A DNA stretch of 64,000 bases from an uncultured virus (IMG/VR IMGVR_UViG_2724679134_000002) (lineage: Duplodnaviria; Heunggongvirae; Uroviricota; Caudoviricetes): the IMG/VR virus record IMGVR_UViG_2724679134_000002. One strand, 5' to 3'. The notes beneath the pieces were generated by a model. It did not search any database and was not told the origin of the DNA. It saw only the letters and a program-made list of their open reading frames with translations. Both the position numbers and the translations under genes were made by a program. Positions 31,295-40,550 of this stretch are shown in pieces; the first letter of the stretch is position 1, and every line of letters begins with the position of its first letter.

Positions 31295-32452
31295 TTAATA
31301 AAGATCTGCAACCGTCACTGAACCTTCTTGTCCAGATTCGTTAACTTCTGAATAAATATCGAAGTCTTTATTGCTATTAGTCTCAGAGGTTTGTTTCTTA
31401 AGTCTTTCAGCGATGAAGGATTGAGCGATTGCAGAGTTAATTTCAGAAATAATCTCAGTTTTAAGCTCAGTAGAAGGGGATTTAGCGAACATTTCAATTT
31501 TCTCTTTAACAACTTCTTTTTCTTCAGTTGTATAACTCGCTAAAGCTTGGTTGAGTTCTCCATGCATCTTTTCGGCTTCGGCCTTGTTTTTATATTCTTT
31601 TAAAGAGTTAAGCTCTTCATTGGCTTTGGCTTTTTCATCCTTAGCTTTTTGAACTTCTTTCTCTTTTGCTTCCGCCTTTGCTTTTTCATCCTTTGCAGCT
31701 TTAACTGCGGCATTCAACTCTTCAGTTTTTTGTTTTAAATCCTCTGCAAGTTTTTCAGCTTTTTGATTCAACTCACCAATTTCTTTGTTTTTATTATCGA
31801 GTTTATTGTTTAATTCCAATACTACTTCTTCTTGGGATTTGGCCATGGAATTGTCCTCCTTTTGTTTACTGTTTAATTCGAGTAAAATTGCGGCATCGTC
31901 AGCAGGGTCGATTCCTAAAATTGCATCACCTGTAAAGTCAAATTTCATAGGCACACGCCCTTGCTCTTTCCAACCGCCGTCATACTCAATTACATCCGAA
32001 CCTTCGACAGCTGCTATTTCAACCGAAGTCTCAGGAAAATCACCATCAAACATCTTTGACTTTAACCACTGAACAAATTTAGGGTAGCGCTGATTGTAAA
32101 GGTATCCTTCGCCGATTAACACTCTTTTTTGCTCACCGTTTACATCAATGGTGTCGATGTAACCATTGGTAGTAGTGCCAACCACTGCACTGTTTTCAAA
32201 AAGTGGAATGCCGTCCTTGACTTCAGTTAAACCGTGACCAAATGGCTCACTATTTTCATAGTTCAAGAACTCTACACAAAGTGGCATTAGCTTGATTGAT
32301 TCAAGGTTTGCGTTTATGTATTTTTCAAGCCAAGTGATACCGTTCTTATTGAATCGAGTGTTGTTCTCATGAATTTCTAGAACAACCCACTTGATGTATG
32401 TTCGACCACTAGTTTTTTTCTGATTGTTGATTTCTAAAATTGTACTTTTCAA
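31295..32452 (-). CDS. yonD: Prohead protease fused to a coiled-coil scaffold
   Basis: N-terminal domain with NKNG, GHG and ETSVEI; C-terminal K/E/A coiled coil; TTG start after GAGGAGGTG. Confidence 0.75.
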   Translation of the reverse strand: MKSTILEINNQKKTSGRTYIKWVVLEIHENNTRFNKNGITWLEKYINANLESIKLMPLCVEFLNYENSEPFGHGLTEVKDGIPLFENSAVVGTTTNGYIDTIDVNGEQKRVLIGEGYLYNQRYPKFVQWLKSKMFDGDFPETSVEIAAVEGSDVIEYDGGWKEQGRVPMKFDFTGDAILGIDPADDAAILLELNSKQKEDNSMAKSQEEVVLELNNKLDNKNKEIGELNQKAEKLAEDLKQKTEELNAAVKAAKDEKAKAEAKEKEVQKAKDEKAKANEELNSLKEYKNKAEAEKMHGELNQALASYTTEEKEVVKEKIEMFAKSPSTELKTEIISEINSAIAQSFIAERLKKQTSETNSNKDFDIYSEVNESGQEGSVTVADLY

Positions 32453-32469
32453 ATACTGATCACCTCCTC

Positions 32470-34011
32470 TCAAGAACCAGAAGGCGTTCCATTGCTGTTA
32501 TTTGTTTTCGACTTAATTGTGTTTTCGTTTTTTGGGTTATCAACCTCAGGAGCACCAGCTGATTTATCGCTATTCTTACTCATAGTGAAAGAGGTTGCAT
32601 GAACAGGGAACTTATCATCAAAACCTTCTTCTTTTTCATATTCCATTAACGATAAGTAAGCATCAGGATTCCATCCAGTGGCGGCTATCCAAGCAATGAG
32701 ACTACCTCGACCACTGGTGTAGAGATCTTTCATGTTTTGGACTTTTTCTTTCCTGTTAACGTGGGTAAGAGGGAGGTAGTAAACCTCAATATATGAACGG
32801 GGGTCTTTGATAATATTGGCGTTAATCACCTTGTTAAACTCACTTTGAATTTGTTCTAGCCAGGAAAATATCTGAGAAGATACCATTTCGATGTTTGTTT
32901 GTTGAGAGGAGTAGTTACCGTCTTGACCATTAAGAGCAGAGCCTGCAAAGCCCAAGTTTGTGGTGATTCGTTTAATTAGTTCGTCTTCACCTTTAATCTT
33001 CAAGAAATCAACATTAGTTTCTAACTTGTCTAATTTTGTTCCTGAAGCAAGTGAGAAGAATTTAACTCCTTTAACACTTCCTTTAGCAACCAATGCTTTT
33101 TTAATATTTTCGTGCTGCTGTTCCTGTTGTTTTTGGGAGAGCGCAGATTTGCCTTTTTGATCTCCTTCAGGAAAAGTTTGATAAATAAGAGTGCTATTTA
33201 ACTCGTCTAATATGTTCCGTTTAGTGTCAACAAAGTATTCATCATAAACCATATCAATAAAAGCAGATAAGCCAATTGGGCGACCCCATTGATCTTCAAT
33301 ATCACTGCTTCCTTTAACTGCAATGGTCTTATTGTTGTCAAGAACTAGCCATTTGCGATTTTGATCCTTCTTATAAGCCACATATCCTTGCCTGATTTCT
33401 TTTGGCCATCGTCTAAGCTTAAGTGATCTTCCGTTACTCGTGAATTTGTCAAAATAGGAGACATCAAAGGCGAGTTGATATGAAGAGTTTTTCCTTCCGA
33501 TAATTTTGCAATAATCGAGAGGGAGGGGGAGAATGGAACAGTTAAAATCATCAATGGTATTTGTTTCAGTTATTGATCCAACCTCATTATCGCTTAAAGT
33601 AGCGGGGAAGGAGTCGTTGACCACAGAATCAAAATAAAAGAAACCTGTACCATATTTGCTTAATTTCCCAAGTGAATCTCTAACAACACTTTTATCATTA
33701 ATTTTTCTTAAAGCCAGACTGAATTTTTGTTTATTAGTATTGAAATTAACTGCTTTACTTGACCCCAAAATAACTCTATCTAAAGTAGGGAGGGCAACCA
33801 TATAGTCAATTACATTTCTGTATACTCCATTAGAGTTATAAAGCAATTTAGAGGCATCTCTAATTTGTTTATTGTACGTGTTGTGGTCTTTAAGCCATGA
33901 CTTAACTCTGTCATAAGAAATTCCATTAAAGAAATCGTTGAAAAATAATGAATCAAGCGGCGCTAAATTTGTATTAAACTCATATGATGACTGTGGTTCA
34001 GGTGTAGTCAT
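32470..34011 (-). CDS. yonE: Portal protein
   Basis: 513 aa directly after the terminase; LYNSNGVYRNVIDY motif. Confidence 0.78.
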   Translation of the reverse strand: MTTPEPQSSYEFNTNLAPLDSLFFNDFFNGISYDRVKSWLKDHNTYNKQIRDASKLLYNSNGVYRNVIDYMVALPTLDRVILGSSKAVNFNTNKQKFSLALRKINDKSVVRDSLGKLSKYGTGFFYFDSVVNDSFPATLSDNEVGSITETNTIDDFNCSILPLPLDYCKIIGRKNSSYQLAFDVSYFDKFTSNGRSLKLRRWPKEIRQGYVAYKKDQNRKWLVLDNNKTIAVKGSSDIEDQWGRPIGLSAFIDMVYDEYFVDTKRNILDELNSTLIYQTFPEGDQKGKSALSQKQQEQQHENIKKALVAKGSVKGVKFFSLASGTKLDKLETNVDFLKIKGEDELIKRITTNLGFAGSALNGQDGNYSSQQTNIEMVSSQIFSWLEQIQSEFNKVINANIIKDPRSYIEVYYLPLTHVNRKEKVQNMKDLYTSGRGSLIAWIAATGWNPDAYLSLMEYEKEEGFDDKFPVHATSFTMSKNSDKSAGAPEVDNPKNENTIKSKTNNSNGTPSGS

Positions 34012-34028
34012 TATTCACCTCCTATTTT

Positions 34029-35777
34029 CTAATTAAAAAAGAATCCAAATGAATACTCATCATCGGATTCTTCCTTTTCTAAAAATAAAGCTATGTAATA
34101 CAGTGCATAAGCAATTGCACTGTACCTATCCTTATCAATTCGTTTTACAACTTGCTCAACAGTGAAAGAATTCTGTGTTTTTTTAATTCTAAGGTTTGCA
34201 ACTTCATCAATGAACAGTTGAGTTTGAATACAAGCTGCTTCAATCATTACATCGTCAGTTATGCTTTTTTGGTTCTTGATGTCATCATAGGACTTAAGCA
34301 ACTTCAACTTTCCAGACTCTACATAATCCAAGAATTGAGTAATAATGTCTTGGTTAATACCTTGTGATTTTAAGTTATAAACAATTTCCGGTGAATTCGG
34401 AACATCTGGTTTTTGATCCGTGTTAATTGTAGCCCAGCAGCCAAGTTCTTCATTGGTCTCCGGATCCGTAACATCCTCTAACAATCTATCGATTAATCCG
34501 CCACCAACTCCGTTTCCATCGACAATGACAGCTTTAACTCTTGAGAGGGAAATATCTTGATTTCCTCCATAGTTTTTGAAGACTCTTTTAACCATGATTG
34601 ATTGTTCTTTAAAACTTAATCCGTTTGGCGGTTCTATAATATTAACCACTTGAACTTGTCTAATAAGGTTATTGCTGTTCCTAATAATCTTTAAAACGAC
34701 AATAGCTGTTTTATTGTTTGATTCAGCTGCAGAGCGGGCTACGTCAACACCGATTACATATTCATACAGCAAGAAGTTCTTATTTTTATCTTTAGTACAA
34801 GAAAGTTCAGGATGGGTAATTGTCCGAGCTTTGATCAATTTGCTGATATTAATTAGAGCACCGTCACTTGCACCAATCCAATCGCAAAGGTAATTCTGAC
34901 GGAATCGAGTTACATTACCTTGCCGTGCTTTATTAATAACAGACATTTTTTGACGACCAAAGTGAATAGGAATGCGCCAATCAGATCCGAATACAAAAGA
35001 TCCCTTAAGATCACCAGTTTCCTTAACCATTGTAAGGATTTTTTCGTACTCATCTGAGTTTTTATATCCCGATGTAGAAAACCGGTTAATCTGACCATTT
35101 AATTCAGCAGGATCTATTTCACCAGTCATAGTTGTGCGAGGGATGTTAAAGATTGGCTCAATAGCATCATCGTATAAATCTTTATCAATCAAGGCTGATT
35201 CCTCTAGAGAGCCACGTCTTCTCCGTAAGCCCTTAGAAGATTGAGCGTTTGCCAGGTTATCAATGATTGCACCGTTTTGAAATTCGACGCGCCCACTGTC
35301 CTTTGAAAAGTTTTCACTCTTGATTTCATCTTTGATGGAAGGGTAAAACCTTAAAATTTCCTCGTGTTTTTCTTTCCATATTTTCACTGCCGATTCCTTT
35401 GTGGAAGCGGTAATGGCTAACGTTACATTAGGGAAGCAAATAGCTGTATGATAAGCCACCATAATTTGTGTGAGGGTTTTAGATCCACCGCGAGGGATAC
35501 AGAAGTAGTTCTGTGGGAAGCGACTGAGGGTTCTCATCATAACTCTTTGGTATAGATCCAATTCAATACCGCCGACTTCTGGTTTCAACATATCATAAAA
35601 AATATCTGGGTAAAAACGAATAAATGAGGTGAACTCAGCCCACTTGGAGATATTCTTGCCAATGAGGTTTGAATTGTCATCTGGATTCAGAGGAGTTTCA
35701 AAAGCTGCGTCGTAAATATCTGATCTATTTTTTGAGTGCTTCTTGTTTTTTGAGGTGAAGTTTTTATAACTAGCCAT
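34029..35777 (-). CDS. yonF: Terminase large subunit
   Basis: PRGGSKT Walker A, GLRRRRGSLEES Walker B, IGVDVAR, VDGNGVG and KDRYSA nuclease motifs. Confidence 0.92.
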   Translation of the reverse strand: MASYKNFTSKNKKHSKNRSDIYDAAFETPLNPDDNSNLIGKNISKWAEFTSFIRFYPDIFYDMLKPEVGGIELDLYQRVMMRTLSRFPQNYFCIPRGGSKTLTQIMVAYHTAICFPNVTLAITASTKESAVKIWKEKHEEILRFYPSIKDEIKSENFSKDSGRVEFQNGAIIDNLANAQSSKGLRRRRGSLEESALIDKDLYDDAIEPIFNIPRTTMTGEIDPAELNGQINRFSTSGYKNSDEYEKILTMVKETGDLKGSFVFGSDWRIPIHFGRQKMSVINKARQGNVTRFRQNYLCDWIGASDGALINISKLIKARTITHPELSCTKDKNKNFLLYEYVIGVDVARSAAESNNKTAIVVLKIIRNSNNLIRQVQVVNIIEPPNGLSFKEQSIMVKRVFKNYGGNQDISLSRVKAVIVDGNGVGGGLIDRLLEDVTDPETNEELGCWATINTDQKPDVPNSPEIVYNLKSQGINQDIITQFLDYVESGKLKLLKSYDDIKNQKSITDDVMIEAACIQTQLFIDEVANLRIKKTQNSFTVEQVVKRIDKDRYSAIAYALYYIALFLEKEESDDEYSFGFFFN

Positions 35778-36784
35778 TAGTCTTCATCACCTGGGTCATA
35801 AAGAGGTTCTTTGTACACGTTCTCTAAGTCTCTAAAAACATTGTTGCGAGCACTTTTCAATTTATCAATTTCTTCAGACGACAATCCTTTTGATTTGAAG
35901 TCCTCTTCGAGCATTTCATCATAAAAGTGGTAAATGTCTTTGTAGTCGACTTTTTCCTTATCTTCGAGCCTTCTGTAATAATTTATAATCGCCCAAATGA
36001 TTAAATCAGCGTCATCGTATGGTTGAGCTGCTAATCGGGGGAGAAGGGGAATAATGCCCAATTCTGTTTCAACGGCTTCAAATAATTGAGAAAGTACATC
36101 GACTCCGCCACTGATATCACTCTTACTCAACTGAGACACATTAATTTTTGCATCTGTAGCTGCCTTTGAAGCTAATGAACCCCATTCTTTAGCTTCTTTT
36201 ACATCACCCTTAGCAGTCGCTAATTCCTCTTTTACGCGAAAACGAATATATGAAAGTAAGCCTTCAGTATGAAGTGTGGTTTTTTCTCCGTAATTTCGAA
36301 TGAGTTTATTGTATTTTCTTTCAAACTGACGGTATTCATCAGGTGTATAGCCAATTCCCCACTTATCAATCAGGTCATCTGAGATTTCAGGTCGGCTAAC
36401 ACCAGAATTGTTTGTTGGTGCGGATTCCTCTATAAATGGCTTCTCTGGCTGTCTTTCAAAAACACTGTCTTTGTAACCAGTACCGTTAAATTGCTTCAAT
36501 GAGTTAGCCATTGTCATATAAGCGCTAAATGTATCTGTTTTTCTCTGTTCGGCTTGATCCCAATACAAAGGATCAAATTTAACGTCAATTTGTTGTAACA
36601 CTGCATATATTGATTCCATATTGTTGTAATCAATGTTTTTCTTCAGGCAAGTCTTACAAATAGGGACTTTTCCAGTTTTCTCATATAGCCTGCTGCGTGA
36701 ATTGTAGAACCCTGACTCTTTGTCCTTTTCTTTTTGACAAGCTGCACAAAGCAATTTTTCCTTTTCCTTGACTTTTCTTGGCAT
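35777..36784 (-). CDS. yonG: YonG-like Zn-finger protein (probable terminase small subunit)
   Basis: CAAC..FY..ICKTC zinc finger, DKWGIGY motif, coupled to terL; start re-set to ATG 36784 behind GGAGG. Confidence 0.72.
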   Translation of the reverse strand: MPRKVKEKEKLLCAACQKEKDKESGFYNSRSRLYEKTGKVPICKTCLKKNIDYNNMESIYAVLQQIDVKFDPLYWDQAEQRKTDTFSAYMTMANSLKQFNGTGYKDSVFERQPEKPFIEESAPTNNSGVSRPEISDDLIDKWGIGYTPDEYRQFERKYNKLIRNYGEKTTLHTEGLLSYIRFRVKEELATAKGDVKEAKEWGSLASKAATDAKINVSQLSKSDISGGVDVLSQLFEAVETELGIIPLLPRLAAQPYDDADLIIWAIINYYRRLEDKEKVDYKDIYHFYDEMLEEDFKSKGLSSEEIDKLKSARNNVFRDLENVYKEPLYDPGDED

Positions 36785-36887
36785 CACCACACCTCCAATA
36801 TAATTTGTAAAAACACATTTTACAAAACGCCCAGCGATAGAGAGGAGGGGGAACCTCAAGTCATCACTAGGCGTTCTAAAAAGGTGT

Positions 36888-37160
36888 TTATTTATTTGTT
36901 TTTTCGTAACCTATGGCTGTCGTATAATTCTTAGGATCAAATGTTTTCGATTTAAAATTGCCTGATGTTGTTGCCCACTTACCTGAAAGAGACATGTTTC
37001 CGTTAGAAGTAAAAGCAACATTGCTTTTCTTATCAAAACCAAATGAGCTATGCAGAGCATTCAAGGCTTCGTTGATCTCACGATTACATACAAACCCGGA
37101 GTTACTTAATTCTTTTAAAAGCTTTACATATTCCAATAAATTTCCTGTTTCTTTATTCAT
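36888..37160 (-). CDS. Hypothetical protein
   Basis: 90 aa ORF with GAGG RBS, same strand as neighbours. Confidence 0.6.
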   Translation of the reverse strand: MNKETGNLLEYVKLLKELSNSGFVCNREINEALNALHSSFGFDKKSNVAFTSNGNMSLSGKWATTSGNFKSKTFDPKNYTTAIGYEKTNK

Positions 37161-37192
37161 TCTTCTTCATCCTCATCGTATTGTTAATTATT

Positions 37193-37390
37193 TTAACAGT
37201 TAGTCCAAACAGCCTCTTTAATTTCGTCTTTGGTTAAATGACTGAATTTATCCCAGTCTTTTTCGCGAACATTAAAGTTAAATTTGCTAAGTAAAAGCTT
37301 GATGTCATCAACGTTTTTCACTTTGTCAAAATCAATTTCTTTATACTTATATCTTTTAGAGCTGGCTACTGAAGGCAAAATCATGCTCAT
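37193..37390 (-). CDS. Hypothetical protein
   Basis: 65 aa ORF with AAGGAG RBS. Confidence 0.6.
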   Translation of the reverse strand: MSMILPSVASSKRYKYKEIDFDKVKNVDDIKLLLSKFNFNVREKDWDKFSHLTKDEIKEAVWTNC

Positions 37391-37426
37391 ATAGTTCTCC
37401 TTTTGTTTCTGGATAAAATTAAAGTT

Positions 37427-37576
37427 TTAATCTAATTCGTCATTGCACTTATAGCAACCAGGACAGTCACAGCCGTCACAGTCGCTATGTGGCATTCCGC
37501 ATTCATTACAACATTCACACCACGACATTCCGCATCGGTCGCACATCCATACTGATACGCCATCATCTATCCACAT
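37427..37576 (-). CDS. Cysteine-rich 49-aa mini-protein (not in ORF track)
   Basis: MWIDDGVSVWMCDRCGMSWCECCNECGMPHSDCDGCDCPGCYKCNDELD; GGAGG RBS; 11 Cys. Confidence 0.7.
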   Translation of the reverse strand: MWIDDGVSVWMCDRCGMSWCECCNECGMPHSDCDGCDCPGCYKCNDELD

Positions 37577-37730
37577 ATTTTAACCTCCGATAACTTTTGA
37601 GATTTGAGTTTAAAATGGGATGAAAAGTCGTTCCAATGATTAATTAGATACTCAATAAATAAAGTTAATAGGAGTCTTCACCGAGACTCCCGTAGTTGGG
37701 TTCAAAAATGTCCTAATACTCTAACTAGGC

Positions 37731-38936
37731 TCAGTTGTATGTGCCATTCTTAAATCTAATTATGTATGTAGCCTCTATACCTGCATCATCAAAAACCATA
37801 AACTTTTGGGACGGTTTCGTACCAAAGCGACCCTGCATCGCATAATCATCAGCGCCTACAAGCGCTCCGTTTACAACAACTGTTGTGCTGCCATACTCTT
37901 TTTCATAGTTGTGATGAATATGACCACCGAATATGTAAGAAGGGATATAGCCAAGTAATTGAGGTAGGCGGGTTACGCATTGATCAACACGATCATAGTG
38001 ACCGTGGACAAACACGACTTCTTGATTGTTGATTTTAGCGGGGATAAAACCATCTTGTTCCGGTTCAATTGAAATGTTTTTAATATCTCTTAATCTAGCT
38101 TCGAGATACCAATTAATTAGGTATTCAAAGTTTTCTTTTATTCCCACATCATTCTTAGAAGGGGAGAGACGACCGTGATTACCAGCTACATTGTAAAACT
38201 TAATTTCTTGAAACTCGCTGGCCAACATAGCTAACACCTCAGCAAGTGTTTCCGATACATACTTAATTTGTTCAACAGCATCTTCATTAGCTTGGACTCT
38301 TGTAGAAACATGAATAAGCCCACCAATTAAATCGCCGAGATTAGCAACATGCAAAGTAGAAACATGATTTTGCTTACCATATTCAATTACTTTGTTTGTG
38401 AGATGTTCTACACGCTCATTGAAAATTTCTTTATTGAATTTATTGATGCGGTTGTTAATTTCCATTCCGAAGTGCCAGTCGCTGAATAGAGCAAGTCCAT
38501 GCTTTTCGGTGACAGCAGGAGAAGGGAAGGTGAAGCGAAGAGGGCGTTTAGATTCTAAATTAGCAATAGCATGTACAATATCATCTTTAATTTTCTCAAA
38601 GCGAGCTTGATTGGCGATAAATTTCCGATATTCTCTTTTTTGATCCCGAGCTTTGATTGTTTGTTTTTCAGATTCAATGCGGGTTTCTTCATGTTTTTGT
38701 TGAACTTCTTTATCCACATTCTTTGAAACTATGTAATCATACCAACGTTCATATTGCTTAAAGTCCTTACGCCATTTGCTTTCATCATAGTTGGTTCCCT
38801 GATCCTTATTTAAAAGGGTAGTAATTGTTTTTGTATCAATGTGATAAGTATCTTTGTTTTTGAAAAGTCTAATATGATAATCAGTGAATGATTCGTCTTT
38901 TTCTCGTTGTAGCACAGGGTTTAAAATAGCTGTCAT
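37731..38936 (-). CDS. yonJ: YonJ calcineurin-like metallophosphoesterase
   Basis: SDWH, GDLI, GNHGR, HGH and GHIHH motifs. Confidence 0.85.
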   Translation of the reverse strand: MTAILNPVLQREKDESFTDYHIRLFKNKDTYHIDTKTITTLLNKDQGTNYDESKWRKDFKQYERWYDYIVSKNVDKEVQQKHEETRIESEKQTIKARDQKREYRKFIANQARFEKIKDDIVHAIANLESKRPLRFTFPSPAVTEKHGLALFSDWHFGMEINNRINKFNKEIFNERVEHLTNKVIEYGKQNHVSTLHVANLGDLIGGLIHVSTRVQANEDAVEQIKYVSETLAEVLAMLASEFQEIKFYNVAGNHGRLSPSKNDVGIKENFEYLINWYLEARLRDIKNISIEPEQDGFIPAKINNQEVVFVHGHYDRVDQCVTRLPQLLGYIPSYIFGGHIHHNYEKEYGSTTVVVNGALVGADDYAMQGRFGTKPSQKFMVFDDAGIEATYIIRFKNGTYN

Positions 38937-38947
38937 TCAATCACCAC

Positions 38948-39157
38948 CTAATCAGAAAGTCCTTCAGTTTCTTGAGGAACAACTTCACTGTCACTTTTTA
39001 ACGTGAAATCAATTGGCTCCGTTTTGCTTTCAATCTCCCTTAGATATTTAGAAAGTGAGTGAATATGTATGCCATCACTTTTACGCTCAATAATTTGATC
39101 TTCATCAACGTTTACAGTGCATTTTTTAAAAGAATATTCTTTCTTACCTTTAGCCAA
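38948..39157 (-). CDS. yonK: YonK-family small protein
   Basis: 69 aa, GGAGG RBS plus TTG, synteny upstream of yonJ. Confidence 0.7.
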   Translation of the reverse strand: MAKGKKEYSFKKCTVNVDEDQIIERKSDGIHIHSLSKYLREIESKTEPIDFTLKSDSEVVPQETEGLSD

Positions 39158-39736
39158 ATCGATTCCTCCAATAATTTTCTATTTACGTACAATAAGCTCC
39201 TTCGGAAGCCCGATGATCCGAAGCATCGGTGACATCCGAGAAGGGGATATAAAGGAGATGAAAAAAATAAGTCGGATAGGCGTTGGGGAAACGCCCGAAG
39301 GAGGTTATTGATTGAGATACTTGCATACCGGAAGGATTGTAAGCACTTCTCGGATGATCGGTAAGATAAAATGCAAGCACAAAAAGACCCTCTAATGATA
39401 TAGAAGATCTTATTCTGATTACATTCCAACCCCGTTTCACCTACATAAGTAGCTCACGTAGGGACGGAAGCTTCGGTTAGACAGGGAATACGCTGATTAC
39501 GGGTTCAGCAATGAAACCTTTGTAATCGACAAACTATAAGTAAGTCGAAAATACAAAAGACACCTCATATAACGTCTTCAGGAACTCCTTGTACATCATG
39601 GTACATGAGCATAAAAACAGGTATTCGCTGTACGAAAACCTGATTCTCCTTCTGCACATGGCAGATGAGCTATAACAACAAATAATACACGCTTTCTGGA
39701 ATGTGTTTAAAGTTTCTATTACCTTTACATCTTATA

Positions 39737-39838
39737 TATCAAGTTTTTAAGTTGCTTGCCAACGTCCGGCTCTCGTAGTCCGGAAAATGTATCAAGTTTT
39801 TATGTTGCTTGCCAACTGCTCAGCCCTTAGAGTCTGAG
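39737..39838 (-). repeat. Two tandem structured repeats with a 53-nt period
   Basis: TATCAAGTTTTTAWGTTGCTTGCCAAC at 39737 and 39790 (26/27 identical), each beside a 5-bp hairpin of different sequence. Confidence 0.85.
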
Positions 39839-40550
39839 AGCCAAGGAAAAAATAATATGAGAAGGAAAGACCCATTATAAGCCTTCTCAATGGCATTTTC
39901 AGTCTCTCTTGTCAGGTTATACGCCTTATTGAGAAACAAAGCGTCTCAAACGCTCGCCATTTATTTTGCACAGTTTTCTCTGACCCGTGTAAGGAGGTAT
40001 GTGCATGGGAAAGGTAAGTCTCCATTCAGAACATTGAAGGAGACGTAGCGAATAAAATAGTGAATGTGTTTTCTAGTGAAATTGAAAAGGCAAGACCGAA
40101 AATAATCCTTTTCTGTGAAATGGGAGCGGTGATCAAGCGCTCAAAAACCATTCCACTTATTTTACGAGTATAGAAGACCCGCTAACCCGGAAAAATTTTT
40201 GGTGACCGCATAATAAGCATCAAAGCTTATAAGGACATTATTTAAAGGGAAGGGAGACGCTTCCACCCTACCTAAGTGTAAGCTGAAGCTATACACCGCA
40301 ATTAATATTTAGGTTACATGCCACCCATAATAAGACCCTGAAGGGATTCAGTCGCAATTTAAATTGATGCGTTAAGTCTTATCGAGATGTTTAGCCCGAG
40401 AATAGCCATTTACCTATCTCTTAAAGATACATATCCGAGATAGGCTCGAACTGGCTAAGAACTGATATCTCACATACCAGCAATCAACTTTTTAATTGAC
40501 GACACCCCCCATGCCATCAATTAAAGAACCTCTAATAAATAACTCGGAGT

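Noticed and set aside
753..36934. Many short ORF-track ORFs nested in or antisense to large genes
   Set aside because: Shadow ORFs of well-supported CDSs, with no RBS or motifs.
39112..39440. ORF-track ORFs 39112-39429, 39117-39311 and 39183-39440
   Set aside because: They overlap one another, lack a convincing RBS, have atypical composition and coincide with strong RNA secondary structure.
39557..39838. CRISPR mini-array
   Set aside because: Only two copies per repeat family, the variable parts are covarying hairpins rather than spacers, and there are no cas genes.
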